A stretch of DNA of 41,123 nucleotides from Patescibacteria group bacterium (GCA_038063815.1 JBBTUJ010000004.1:1-41123), one strand, 5' to 3'; positions 17,058 to 26,656 are shown, numbered from the stretch's first letter. A program made the numbers and translations. Notes: generated by a model not told the origin, from the letters alone.

Positions 17058-17507
17058 TTACGCGAAGCGTGCGGTACGGGCACGGTGCGATTCGTGAAGA
17101 AGAACGACAAGTCCAGCTATCGCGAGTGTCATATTTTTTATGACGAATTCTCCGGCAAGCGAAAGGATGGGAAAGTGTGGCTGGAAGACGATTTCTGTCC
17201 CCATTATGAATGAAAGGAATGTACCGGCGAGATGTAGAAGAAGAAGGACGTGCACGATGGGGCGTGCCTTGTTTACCAGAAGCCCGATACCAATCGCTGT
17301 TTCAAAAACACCGAGGAATATGAGACCGGGCGGCACTGCGAGTGTTGGCATGACCGCATTGATGAGATCAAAGACGGGGTTAAATCCAAATATCTTGAGA
17401 AGCCCAAACCAGACAAAAATAATGGCCAAACTGTAGCGAAGGATTACAACAATTTTGTCCTCGTAGGCGCGTTTCAGATGGGGAAGAGTGTTATTTGTCA
17501 ATTTCAT
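17058..17507 (-). CDS. DoxX/DUF417-like membrane protein
   Basis: LRYSLAIIFVWFGLLK...GEFVIKN; TATAAT 7 nt before ATG 17507. Confidence 0.8.
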   Translation of the reverse strand: MKLTNNTLPHLKRAYEDKIVVILRYSLAIIFVWFGLLKIFGFNPVFDLINAVMPTLAVPPGLIFLGVFETAIGIGLLVNKARPIVHVLLLLHLAGTFLSFIMGTEIVFQPHFPILSLAGEFVIKNMTLAIAGLVVLLHESHRARTARFA

Positions 17508-17564
17508 ACTGTGCATTATACTTTACAGCATATATCAGATTTGTATTAGCCCATGTAGTTACTT

Positions 17565-18224
17565 ATGACAACTTTTTCAAAGAAAGAAGCGCTTACATTT
17601 GGATGGAATACGTTTAAGAAAAATCCATGGATTTTTGTAGGCATTGCAGCATTTCTTGCGATTGTCTCCCTTCTCTTCCAGCAGGTAATGCCCAAGGAAC
17701 ACTCTTTCGTGGAATTAGTGCTTGGAATTGTTACGACAGTAATACAGTGGTGGTTGTATCTCGGTCTTACACGAATCACTCTTGCTGCGTACGCTGGGTC
17801 CCCGATTTCATTTAAAATGCTTTTTGGTGAATCGTGGAATATGCTCTGGCACTACATCGTTGCGATGGTCGTGACCATCGTCCTTGTCTGTATCGGTCTC
17901 GTGCTCCTTGTCGTGCCTGGTATTATCGTGCAGATCATGCTCTCCCTTTCCGTCTTCTTGATCGTGGAGAAGAACATGAAGCCGATCGAAGCACTCAAAG
18001 AAAGCCGTCGGTTAACGAAAGGACACCGGTGGAATATGTTTCTCCTCTTCCTCCTCTTGGCGCTCGTGAATGGTGTTGGACTTCTTCTTGTCGGTGTCGG
18101 GCTTCTTGTGACGATTCCCGTGACGTTTCTTGCGCTGACGTGGATGTATAAGGAAATCGAGAAGGGTGTACAACTTGAACCAGTTTCGAACACACCTCTC
18201 ATTACACCTACACCAAAACTCTAG
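17565..18224 (+). CDS. Integral membrane protein
   Basis: GLVLLVVPGII, EALKESRRLTKG, GVGLLVTIP; about 5 TM segments. Confidence 0.8.
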   Translation: MTTFSKKEALTFGWNTFKKNPWIFVGIAAFLAIVSLLFQQVMPKEHSFVELVLGIVTTVIQWWLYLGLTRITLAAYAGSPISFKMLFGESWNMLWHYIVAMVVTIVLVCIGLVLLVVPGIIVQIMLSLSVFLIVEKNMKPIEALKESRRLTKGHRWNMFLLFLLLALVNGVGLLLVGVGLLVTIPVTFLALTWMYKEIEKGVQLEPVSNTPLITPTPKL

Positions 18225-18288
18225 GGTTTTGCACTGAAACTTTCTCTGACGTATAGTAAACAACGCGCTTCAAGGCGCGCTGTTTACT

Positions 18289-18361
18289 GCCCGGGTAGCT
18301 CAGTTGGTAGAGCGCGTCCATGGTAAGGACGAGGTCGCCGGTTCAATCCCGGCCCCGGGCT
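18289..18361 (+). tRNA. tRNA-Thr(GGT)
   Basis: Cloverleaf; anticodon arm CGTCC-ATGGTAA-GGACG; TTGCAC-17-TATAGT upstream. Confidence 0.95.
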
Positions 18362-18376
18362 CCGAATTTTGGTTGT

Positions 18377-18500
18377 GGCCGGGATTGAACGCGAAAGGGG
18401 TCGGGGAAACTGTAGTTTCCCCGTGTCGGAGAGCAGCGAAGCGCTGAGCACCGAGGGTGCTCAGAGAACGTCAGTGAGTGAAATGCCCGGCCCCGGGCTC
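18377..18500. repeat. tRNA-linked structured element with inverted and direct copies of the tRNA 3' end
   Basis: 18377-18390 is the reverse complement of 18341-18354; 18486-18500 equals 18348-18362; two internal hairpins. Confidence 0.75.
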
Positions 18501-18707
18501 AGAGTCATAGGACTTGGAAGTTAGAAGTGGGCAGTTAGTAATGAGAATGTGATGTGGTTGCCGTATAGTTGTTTTTGTCTCCTGCTTTTTATTTCTGTAA
18601 GTAAAAACGTGTTCGTTCGTTATACTATACATGACGCTTATTGCAGTACTAAGCGCCGAGTTGTATTACTAGACGATTATTAAGTAATAACCTACTTTAT
18701 ATTATTT

Positions 18708-19553
18708 ATGAAAGAAAAATTTCTCAAAGCATTAGCGGCCGCTGTTGTTGCCGTTGTGGTTATTGTCGGAGCATTCGCTCTTACAAGCACAAACCGTGTC
18801 TATGCGGCAACAAACTCGAATTCTTCTGCTGAACAAACGCTCGAAAGCATTCTCATGAAAATCATCGAGCTCTTGAAAGAGCAGATTGCTCTTTTGAAGG
18901 GTGACTCAAGTAACGATGACAATAGTGATGACGATTCTTCATCGAATGGTCAAAAAGAAAGCGCGGCATCACACATTCAAAATGCCGAGAAGGAGATTGA
19001 AAAAGCACAGAGTGACTTTGATGATGCAGAGGACGATGGCGACGATGTTGGAGATGCTGAAGACCTTATTGATGATGCGGAAACAAAGCTCGCTGAAGCC
19101 AATGACGCCTATGACGATGGTGAATATGGTGAGGCAAAAGACCTTGCTGATGACGCAAAGGAACTCGCAAAGGATGCGCGAGATGAGGTAGATGGTGATA
19201 GTGACGGAGATGACGACGATGACGATGATGACGACGATGACGACGACGATGACGACGATGATGATGACGATGATGACGATGATGACGATGATGACGATGA
19301 TAATGACGATGAAAACGATGCGCAGGATGCGCTCGATGACGCCGAGGACACGATCAATGATGCCCAGGATGCCTTTAACGAAGCAGAGGACAATGACGAA
19401 GACACTGGCGATGCAGAGGGTCTCATTGACGAGGCAAACGATCTTCTCGATGACGCGCAGGACGCGTTTGATGATGAAGATTGGGATGGGGCAGAAGATC
19501 TTGCCAATGACGCTGAAGACAAGGCGGACGAGGCAATGGACGAACTCGACTAA
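18708..19553 (+). CDS. Secreted extremely acidic protein with two helical repeats and a poly-Asp linker
   Basis: Signal peptide; 31 consecutive GAT/GAC codons (19209-19301); terminator follows. Confidence 0.8.
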   Translation: MKEKFLKALAAAVVAVVVIVGAFALTSTNRVYAATNSNSSAEQTLESILMKIIELLKEQIALLKGDSSNDDNSDDDSSSNGQKESAASHIQNAEKEIEKAQSDFDDAEDDGDDVGDAEDLIDDAETKLAEANDAYDDGEYGEAKDLADDAKELAKDARDEVDGDSDGDDDDDDDDDDDDDDDDDDDDDDDDDDDDDDDNDDENDAQDALDDAEDTINDAQDAFNEAEDNDEDTGDAEGLIDEANDLLDDAQDAFDDEDWDGAEDLANDAEDKADEAMDELD

Positions 19554-19570
19554 AGATTCTTATTTCGAGG

Positions 19571-19598
19571 CAAAAACCCGCCATATGGCGGGTTTTTG
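19571..19598 (+). terminator. Intrinsic terminator
   Basis: CAAAAACCCGCC-ATAT-GGCGGGTTTTTG. Confidence 0.85.
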
Positions 19599-19622
19599 TG
19601 TTATAATCCGCCGGTATTAAAG

Positions 19623-19695
19623 GCCACCTTAGCTCAGTTGGTAGAGCACTACTTTCGTAAAGTAGGGGTCCCCAGTTCGATCCTGGGAGGTGGCT
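19623..19695 (+). tRNA. tRNA-Thr(CGT)
   Basis: Cloverleaf; anticodon arm CTACT-TTCGTAA-AGTAG. Confidence 0.95.
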
Positions 19696-19734
19696 CAAAA
19701 ACTGTACGGAGAATGTTTTGTTATACTGATACTC

Positions 19735-20616
19735 GTGAACGAGACGATGCAAGAGCGCATACGAGAACTCGAAGCGGCCATGGGTGCCGCCGATTTTTGG
19801 TCGAATAAGGACTCTGCTCAAAAGATAGTCAGGGAATACCAAGATCTCAAAGAGCGAGCAGAGGGGCACGGCTCTCATGACGCTGGAAATGCGATTATGA
19901 CGATTTTTGCGGGTGCGGGAGGTCTCGACGCAGAGGACTTCGCTCACATGCTGGTCGGCATGTACACGGCATACGCGAAGGGCAAGGCCTGGCCTATAAC
20001 ACTTCTTCACAAGAATGAGAATGATCACGGCGGGGTCAGGAATATCACATTTGAGATAGACGGCAAAAATGCATACGGAACACTTAAGAATGAGTCAGGC
20101 GTGCACCGACTGGTCCGTATCTCGCCTTTCAATGCAAAACAACAACGGCACACTTCATTTGTAATGGTTGAAGTGTTGCCAAAATTCGAAGACACGAAGG
20201 AGGACGATATCCCGGTGGCGGAAATCGAGTTTCAATTCGCGCGTTCGGGTGGTCCCGGAGGACAAAATGTTAACAAACGAGAAACAGCGGTGCGTGTTGT
20301 CCATATTCCGACAGGGCTCACGGCTCATGTTGACACAGAACGAAGTCAAGCACAGAATCGCGCGGTGGCACTTTCAATTTTGCGCGCAAAACTGTATCAT
20401 AAAGAGGAAGAGGATCAGAAAAAGATTGCACGCGGGCTCACCATTTCGAGTACAACAGATGCGGAATGGGGAAATCAGATACGCTCATACGTCCTCCATC
20501 CGTATAAATTGGTAAAAGATCATCGCACGAATGTTGAAGTCCGTGATACGGAGAAAGTGCTCATGGACGGAGCTATTGACGAGTTCATTGAGGCGGAACG
20601 GCTTCTCCAAACATAA
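19735..20616 (+). CDS. prfB: Peptide chain release factor 2, N-terminally shortened
   Basis: ESGVHRLVRISPF (SPF), GPGGQNVN, WGNQIRSYVLHPY; start GTG 19735 or ATG 19747. Confidence 0.93.
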   Translation: MNETMQERIRELEAAMGAADFWSNKDSAQKIVREYQDLKERAEGHGSHDAGNAIMTIFAGAGGLDAEDFAHMLVGMYTAYAKGKAWPITLLHKNENDHGGVRNITFEIDGKNAYGTLKNESGVHRLVRISPFNAKQQRHTSFVMVEVLPKFEDTKEDDIPVAEIEFQFARSGGPGGQNVNKRETAVRVVHIPTGLTAHVDTERSQAQNRAVALSILRAKLYHKEEEDQKKIARGLTISSTTDAEWGNQIRSYVLHPYKLVKDHRTNVEVRDTEKVLMDGAIDEFIEAERLLQT

Positions 20617-20621
20617 CCACT

Positions 20622-21326
20622 ATGGATCAAGAAGAAACACAACACATGATTTTATTTGACGACGTATCGAAGACATACGCCGACACATCGGTGGCGCTTT
20701 ATAACGTCTCTTTTTCAGTTGCGTCGGGAGAATTTGTTTCGATTGTAGGCCACTCGGGAGCGGGCAAGACGACTCTTTTGAAACTCCTTCTTGCCGAGGA
20801 ACATCCAACAGAAGGAAAAGTATTCTTAGGAGCACAGAATGTTCACGAGCTCTCACGTAAAGAAGTGAGCGCGCTTCGCCGCCGAATCGGAATGATTTTC
20901 CAGGATTTTCGATTACTCCCACAAAAGACAGCATTCGAAAACATTGCATTTGCAATGGAGGCGGCGGGGCGAACAGATGACGAGATCGAAAGTGACGTTC
21001 CGTATGCACTTGAGCTTGTAGGGCTTGCAGGAAAGGCGTGGAAATTTCCCCAGCAGATGTCGGGGGGTGAGAAACAGCGTCTTGCGATAGCGCGTGCAAT
21101 CGTGAACCAGCCAGATGTTCTCGTTGCGGACGAACCCACAGGAAATCTTGACCCTTTGAATACGTATGAAGTTGTGCAAATCTTGAAGAAGATTAATGAT
21201 CTTGGAACGACGGTTGTCCTTACAACGCACAATAAGGGGGTGATTGATTCACTTGAGAAGCGGGTCATCACACTTGAAAACGGACGTGTCGTCAGAGACA
21301 ATAAAGAAGGACGGTACGCAATATAA
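20622..21326 (+). CDS. ftsE: Cell division ATP-binding protein FtsE
   Basis: GHSGAGKTT, IGMIFQDFRLL, SGGEKQR, DEPTGNLDP; prfB-ftsE-ftsX order; alternative start 20646. Confidence 0.93.
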   Translation: MDQEETQHMILFDDVSKTYADTSVALYNVSFSVASGEFVSIVGHSGAGKTTLLKLLLAEEHPTEGKVFLGAQNVHELSRKEVSALRRRIGMIFQDFRLLPQKTAFENIAFAMEAAGRTDDEIESDVPYALELVGLAGKAWKFPQQMSGGEKQRLAIARAIVNQPDVLVADEPTGNLDPLNTYEVVQILKKINDLGTTVVLTTHNKGVIDSLEKRVITLENGRVVRDNKEGRYAI

Positions 21327-21438
21327 AAACCAACAACCAACAACCTACGACCAACGACCAACAACCTACGACCAACAACCGACGACGAAACCAAACTAAA
21401 ACCAATCACTAACTGCTCACTCCCAATCTCCAACTCCT
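21327..21438 (+). repeat. Heptamer tandem repeat (CC[A/T]AC[A/G]A) plus conserved C/A-rich tail
   Basis: About eight CCAACAA/CCTACGA/CCAACGA units, then a tail shared with 1177-1230. Confidence 0.8.
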
Positions 21439-22365
21439 ATGTTATGGACAAACACCAAAAGAATACTTGAAGCAGGATTCGTGAATTTTTGGCGAAACGG
21501 GTTCGTGTCGCTCGCATCCGTTCTCATCATGGTCGTGACCCTTTTTACCCTAGGTGCGATGCTTTTTTCGAGCGCTGTTCTCAACAGTTCTCTCGTACAA
21601 CTTCGTGAAAAAGTGGATGTGAACGTCTATTTCATGACGGATGCGTCCGAAGAAGATATTTTGGTATTGAAAGAAGAACTCGAAACTCTACCGGAGGTTG
21701 CACTCGTCGAATATGTATCGCGCGAACAAGCACTCTTGAACTTCAGGGAACGTCACCAAGACGATCAGACGATACAAAATGCTCTTGCGGAACTCGAAGA
21801 TAACCCTCTGGGCGCATTCTTCAACGTGAAAGCGCGCGAGACATCACAGTATGAATCAATCGCGACATTCCTTGAGAGCGAGGCGGCACTTGGAGCGGGG
21901 GATCGTGTCATCGTCCAGAATATTAACTACTTTGATAACAAACCGGTCATCGAGAAGCTCGCGGAAATTATTGATTCCGCAGAACGGCTCGGATTCGTGC
22001 TTTCCATCGTCCTTATTCTTCTCTCGCTTATCATTACGTTTAACACAATCCGACTTGCGATCTACACGGCGCGCGAAGAGATCTCGGTCATGCGACTTGT
22101 GGGAGCGAACAACAGCTATGTTCGTGGACCGTTTGTGGTTGAGGGGGTTATGTACGGCGTTTCAGCGGCGATTATTGTTCTTGCTCTCTTTTACCCTCTG
22201 ACACTTTGGATCGGACCATTTACAGAGCGATTCTTCGGCTCAATGAATCTCTTCTCGTACTATCTTGGTAATTTTGGACAGATCTTTCTCATCATCCTCG
22301 GTGCGGGAATTGTCCTCGGTGCTCTCTCGAGTTATCTTGCGGTGCGGAGATATCTTAGGGTTTAG
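21439..22365 (+). CDS. ftsX: Cell division permease FtsX
   Basis: NTIRLAIYTAREEISVMRLVGA...RGPFVVEG; 4 TM segments. Confidence 0.93.
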   Translation: MLWTNTKRILEAGFVNFWRNGFVSLASVLIMVVTLFTLGAMLFSSAVLNSSLVQLREKVDVNVYFMTDASEEDILVLKEELETLPEVALVEYVSREQALLNFRERHQDDQTIQNALAELEDNPLGAFFNVKARETSQYESIATFLESEAALGAGDRVIVQNINYFDNKPVIEKLAEIIDSAERLGFVLSIVLILLSLIITFNTIRLAIYTAREEISVMRLVGANNSYVRGPFVVEGVMYGVSAAIIVLALFYPLTLWIGPFTERFFGSMNLFSYYLGNFGQIFLIILGAGIVLGALSSYLAVRRYLRV

Positions 22366-22379
22366 ACCCCACTCTTCTA

Positions 22380-22406
22380 ATGACCGGACACTCGGTGTCC
22401 GGTCAT
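22380..22406. repeat. 12-bp perfect hairpin (REP-like)
   Basis: ATGACCGGACAC-TCG-GTGTCCGGTCAT. Confidence 0.6.
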
Positions 22407-22491
22407 CGACATTGGGTGCGGTGTTGTGTATGGGGTTGATAAAAATCTGTCCAACGAGGATACTACTGGTAGACGAAGAAAGGAGAGCGCG

Positions 22492-22779
22492 ATGGACATC
22501 TCGTCGTTCAGAGATCTGCCGGTCTGCCAGCGTGCGATCGTGACAGCTCTACGGCAGATCGGGGGACGGGCGAGTGTTCGATATGTTTTTGCTCGTCTTG
22601 TCCCCCGAGCGCGTCAACAGAGTTTTTTTACAAGAGAGGAGGTTCATAGGAGTATCATCCAGCTACTGAAGTCGCAGGTCGTGTGGTTGGATGAAGAGTA
22701 CCCAACATGGCGTCTAGAGAAGCAGACGCCGGCGGCCGCGGCCAAAAACCTGGTCGCGATTGCCTTGCGGCCGAGGTAA
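22492..22779 (+). CDS. Hypothetical protein, possibly winged-helix-like
   Basis: AAAGGAGAG SD before ATG 22492; helical pattern; hairpin plus T tract at the stop. Confidence 0.5.
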   Translation: MDISSFRDLPVCQRAIVTALRQIGGRASVRYVFARLVPRARQQSFFTREEVHRSIIQLLKSQVVWLDEEYPTWRLEKQTPAAAAKNLVAIALRPR

Positions 22780-22809
22780 CGCCTCGGCCGTTTGTTTTTA
22801 CATACACCC

Positions 22810-23190
22810 CTAGATGAAATAGGGAATGAAAATAAGCAGGCCGACGATAAGGGCGGTAATGGACGTTATGAGCACAGCTCCTGCCGCAACATCTTTGGTG
22901 TCGCGCGCATACGGATGATATTCGGGCGATGTTAGGTCCATATCGATTTCGATTGCCGTATTGAATGCTTCTGCGGCAAGCACTATTCCTCCGACAAAGA
23001 TGAGGAGGATCCACTCAGTGTGCGTGATTCCGCAATAAAAGCCGAGAAAGAGCGCGACGCAGAATATGACGATATGTATCCACGCGTTGTGAGTTGTTGT
23101 GAGAAAGATCCACAATCCTCGTCCCGCGTGTGCGAAGCTCTTTGCCCGTTTTACCAAAGAGAAGGCCTCTTTTTCTTTAGGTGTTTCCAT
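22810..23190 (-). CDS. dgkA: Prokaryotic diacylglycerol/undecaprenol kinase
   Basis: SFAHAGRG, EAFNTAIE, KDVAAGAVL. Confidence 0.9.
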   Translation of the reverse strand: METPKEKEAFSLVKRAKSFAHAGRGLWIFLTTTHNAWIHIVIFCVALFLGFYCGITHTEWILLIFVGGIVLAAEAFNTAIEIDMDLTSPEYHPYARDTKDVAAGAVLITSITALIVGLLIFIPYFI

Positions 23191-24409
23191 ATGCTGAGAT
23201 TGTTTGTGGTGATGTTGTACTGTATCTCAGTAGCTTTATAATCGCAATTACCGCAAGTATTTGAAACCCCGCCATCGAGAGCATTGCCCATCGGTATCCG
23301 CCGGCGGTAAGCGCAATACTCCACACCAACGGTCCTGCGATTGTCGCAGCGCGCTCTGAAATAGCGTAAATTCCAAAGGTGTAGTGCATGAGGTTTTTAG
23401 GAACAAGGGCGATGAGGAGTTGCCTCGAAACTGAAAACGTTCCACCAATCAAAAGTCCAACGACGATAGTGCCTATAAAGAAAAGAGTGTGACTTGATGC
23501 CAAAGACACAGTGGTGATAACTGGTATCCAACAGAGGAGGATACCTGCCAGAACATTTTTTGCATGAAGCTTGTCTGCAAGCCATCCAAAAATCCAAGCC
23601 CCTAGTGCGGCGGATGTAATGGTGATGAGTACTAGAGTACTGATTTGATTGTTGGGTATTTTGTATACTTCTACGGTAAATATTGAGTAGTTGTTAACGA
23701 GGGTGGTGACTGCATCGCTGAACAAAAAGAATGCGAGAAAAAAATAAAGGAGAATCTTGTTGGAAAAGATTATTTTCAAGAGTTCTCGATGAGATACGTG
23801 TTCTATCGGTTGTGGCTGGTCCGTACGCACGAAGATACTTTTACTCACGAGAAGCGGCAAAGCGCCGAGGATAAAAAGTATCGCGCAGGGAATGAGTGTT
23901 GCCAGTATGGGGTCTACTCCGAATGCGATTGTTCCCGAAATTATGGGAATAGAAATAAGCATTCCGCATATCTGACCGATGTAGTTTGACGTAAAACCGA
24001 TACCCGAGATCTTTCCTCGATTCGTTTCTGTGGAGATGTTACTAAGGAGCGGGTTATAAAAGACGAACGAGAGTTGGTAGAAGAAGTTTCCGATACCAAA
24101 AAAGAGCGCCGACCATCCAACGGGGAAGGCGAGAAGTGCACTGCCAATCGCGAGAGTGTAGAAAACAAAACATCCCCACGTTGAAAGCGATAGATACTTT
24201 TTACCGTTTCCAAACCGGTCAGCTCTCTTTCCAAAGAATGGTGCACAAAATAAAATCGCGACTGAGCCAAAGATAAATGTCGCGTTGTACCACCAATCAG
24301 AGAGTCCTTTGTTGACGACAAGCCAGCGCGAGAAATAGATGAGGAACGTTATGAAGACAAGAGAGTTCGCAAAATCGTACAAACTCCATATAAATATCTT
24401 TTTCTTCAT
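23177..24409 (-). CDS. MFS transporter (UMF1/Atg22-like)
   Basis: WSLYDFANS, FYNPLL, GKISGIG; about 12 TM segments. Confidence 0.88.
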   Translation of the reverse strand: MKKKIFIWSLYDFANSLVFITFLIYFSRWLVVNKGLSDWWYNATFIFGSVAILFCAPFFGKRADRFGNGKKYLSLSTWGCFVFYTLAIGSALLAFPVGWSALFFGIGNFFYQLSFVFYNPLLSNISTETNRGKISGIGFTSNYIGQICGMLISIPIISGTIAFGVDPILATLIPCAILFILGALPLLVSKSIFVRTDQPQPIEHVSHRELLKIIFSNKILLYFFLAFFLFSDAVTTLVNNYSIFTVEVYKIPNNQISTLVLITITSAALGAWIFGWLADKLHAKNVLAGILLCWIPVITTVSLASSHTLFFIGTIVVGLLIGGTFSVSRQLLIALVPKNLMHYTFGIYAISERAATIAGPLVWSIALTAGGYRWAMLSMAGFQILAVIAIIKLLRYSTTSPQTISAYGNT

Positions 24410-24419
24410 CCCGTTAGAG
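24410..24419. mobile_element. Solo terminal repeat of the CCCGTTAGA MITE family
   Basis: CCCGTTAGAG abuts the MFS ATG, same geometry as at 4157/4158. Confidence 0.45.
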
Positions 24420-24674
24420 GTTTAGTATTGTAATAGCATTTGTTGGTACTGTCGTCTGGATACCGTAGGGGGACGTTTATCTTGCTGTTGTTCGCGACTT
24501 CTGTTTCGCTGTTCCTATTTAAACGCTAGTTGGAGCGATTGGGGCGGAATTGGTAGAGCCACGGCGAACGGTTTTCCATGATGTATATGATATCACGTCT
24601 TTTTGTTTGGTTGCGCAGAAACCCTTTATTTTTAGCGTTTTTTATTGTAAGTTAGGTATTGCTAGCTATTTTTC

Positions 24675-24745
24675 TGCCGGATCGTCTAATGGTAGGACAC
24701 ATCCCTCTGGAGGATGGTATCTTGGTTCGAGTCCAAGTCCGGCAA
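24675..24745 (+). tRNA. tRNA-Gln(CTG)
   Basis: TGCCGGATCGTCTAATGGTAGGACACATCCCTCTGGAGGATGGTATCTTGGTTCGAGTCCAAGTCCGGCAA. Confidence 0.93.
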
Positions 24746-24761
24746 TAAGTGACTAATAAAT

Positions 24762-25271
24762 ATGACGAATCAAGACAAACCAAAGCATAAGAATTTTCAA
24801 ATTGCAGACTTAATCAAAAAGATAAAGACCTTTTTGTCGGATGAAAAGCCTTCAGATATTTTGATTATAAAAGCTCACTTACTCTGTGAGTACTATATAA
24901 ACCAGATATTAATTTTAAGAGAAGCCTGCTCTCTTAAGGACATGGAGTCTTTTACTTTTAATGAAAAGATTCAAAAAGCATTTAATTTAGATGATTTGTT
25001 AGAAAAACGCACTTTCGATTACGTAAATCGACTAAATAAATTACGCAATAAGGTCGGTCATGAATTGGAATATACCTTATCTGAATCAGACGTTGATGCT
25101 CTGGGCTATGTTCAAGGGAAGGAGTATATCTTGGAAAAATATGATTATGAAACCGATTTAGAGAGACTGAGAAATGTCCTTAATACTATTGTTATTGACA
25201 CAGCTTTATTGTTAATAAGTAGTATCAAGGTAGAGAGACAAAAAGTTAAAACTACACCTGAAACTAATTAA
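24762..25271 (+). CDS. Hypothetical protein with HEPN/MtlR-like Rx4H motif
   Basis: LIIKAHLLCE...LNKLRNKVGH; visibly AT-rich. Confidence 0.6.
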   Translation: MTNQDKPKHKNFQIADLIKKIKTFLSDEKPSDILIIKAHLLCEYYINQILILREACSLKDMESFTFNEKIQKAFNLDDLLEKRTFDYVNRLNKLRNKVGHELEYTLSESDVDALGYVQGKEYILEKYDYETDLERLRNVLNTIVIDTALLLISSIKVERQKVKTTPETN

Positions 25272-25276
25272 TTCAG

Positions 25277-25302
25277 GGTTCCAACATCGTAACAAACTGC
25301 CA
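25277..25302 (+). repeat. 26-nt cassette-boundary repeat 1
   Basis: GGTTCCAACATCGTAACAAACTGCCA. Confidence 0.65.
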
Positions 25303-25306
25303 AAAT

Positions 25307-25825
25307 ATGAAAGTAGTTGTTGTAAATAATCAAGACGAAATTCTTAGGTATGTAGACAAGAAAGACAGAACCTCCGAAGATATTATTCGTGTGTCGGGGC
25401 TTTGGATTTTTAACTCAAACGGTGAATTACTAATTGCACAAAGAGCTCTAGATAAAAAACATGATCCAGGGAAATGGGGACCTTCTGTAGCAGGGACAGT
25501 AGAAGAAGGAGAAACCTATGTTTCCAATATTCTTAAGGAGACCAAAGAAGAGCTGGGTGTATCTTTAACTGAGGACGAACTTGTACAGAGCACGCATCGG
25601 TACGTCCAAACCTCCCATAAATATTTTGTGCGGATATTTTTTGTTGAAATGGATGTTCCAATTTCAGCTTTTAAAGTTCAGGCCGAGGAAGTTGAACAAG
25701 TCAAATGGATTTCTGCCCAAGAGTTACAAGAATGGTTTGTCCAGGCTCCCCAGGACTTCATTTTATCTTTTGGAGACGCTCTTCAAGACTATATTCGATT
25801 TTCAACAAATTGGTTGAAAAGCTAA
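25307..25825 (+). CDS. NUDIX hydrolase (IPP isomerase type 1-like)
   Basis: LLIAQRA..K..PGKW.PSVAG, GETY...KETKEELG. Confidence 0.85.
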   Translation: MKVVVVNNQDEILRYVDKKDRTSEDIIRVSGLWIFNSNGELLIAQRALDKKHDPGKWGPSVAGTVEEGETYVSNILKETKEELGVSLTEDELVQSTHRYVQTSHKYFVRIFFVEMDVPISAFKVQAEEVEQVKWISAQELQEWFVQAPQDFILSFGDALQDYIRFSTNWLKS

Positions 25826-25827
25826 TT

Positions 25828-25853
25828 AGTTCCACCATCATCCCACGCAGCCA
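25828..25853 (+). repeat. 26-nt cassette-boundary repeat 2
   Basis: AGTTCCACCATCATCCCACGCAGCCA. Confidence 0.85.
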
Positions 25854-25921
25854 TACGCACAAACCCCGCCAACAGCACGGGGCTTGGCGGGGAGGGAGGG
25901 GTGTTCTAAAAAGACGACTGC

Positions 25922-26548
25922 TCAGTCGAGTTCTGCTCGAAGCATGAGCAGGAGGAGTACGGTGACGATCACTAGCGCCCGTGTCGCGTATACCTTGGGA
26001 AGGAATGTGTCCTTCCAGGTTCGCGGTTTTACTGCTCCCTCCCCATCCTTTTTGGGAAGGTAAGCGGAAACCATCGCAAACACACATGCAAACCATATGG
26101 GAATCCAAGAGCTCCATGGCTCCGGGTTTTCATCCACGGTGAGCATGCGCGCAATGAGCGGCAGATACCCGATCACCATCAGTGCCTGGATGGCGAGGTT
26201 TGATAAGAACGGGCTCTTGCTCCGCCACCAGAAGATCAGCACGACTCCTGCGATTGCGAGATTGCTGATTTCGAACCAGGTAAACCCCGATCGTACATTG
26301 TTGCCGAAGATGCTGATGGTGGCCAGGATGAGGGCGGTCACGACCAGATCAACGGTGTTACCGATGTTGTCGACGAGGCTGTGGTGATCTGTGGTCCAGT
26401 AGGTCCAGAATGCGATACCTACCGAAACCGTGAGCACCAACCAGCTAGCGAAGACGGGGTCATTTTTTCCAACAATGGTGAGCCAGCAGTAACGCAGGCC
26501 AGCCCACATCATCAGAATTGTGACCATCAAAGCGGATATCTTGCGCAC
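25922..26548 (-). CDS. Hypothetical multi-pass membrane protein
   Basis: About 7 hydrophobic segments; own TTGACG-17-TAAAGT promoter and AAAGGGGG SD. Confidence 0.7.
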   Translation of the reverse strand: MRKISALMVTILMMWAGLRYCWLTIVGKNDPVFASWLVLTVSVGIAFWTYWTTDHHSLVDNIGNTVDLVVTALILATISIFGNNVRSGFTWFEISNLAIAGVVLIFWWRSKSPFLSNLAIQALMVIGYLPLIARMLTVDENPEPWSSWIPIWFACVFAMVSAYLPKKDGEGAVKPRTWKDTFLPKVYATRALVIVTVLLLLMLRAELD

Positions 26549-26656
26549 CGCGGACCCCCTTTCTTTGAGAGGAACAATTCAGAACTTTAGACTTCTGATG
26601 TAACTTTACAAGATATAATAGATAACGTCAAGAACCACCATTGATGTTAAAATATG

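Noticed and set aside
19109-19522. Poly-Ser ORF on the minus strand and Met/Thr-rich ORFs in other frames (also 8330-8667)
   Set aside because: These are shadows of the poly-Asp codon tracts in the real genes.
19690-19734. Upstream prfB extension or +1 frameshift site
   Set aside because: It overlaps the tRNA end and the -10 box, and there is no CTT-TGA-C slippery site.
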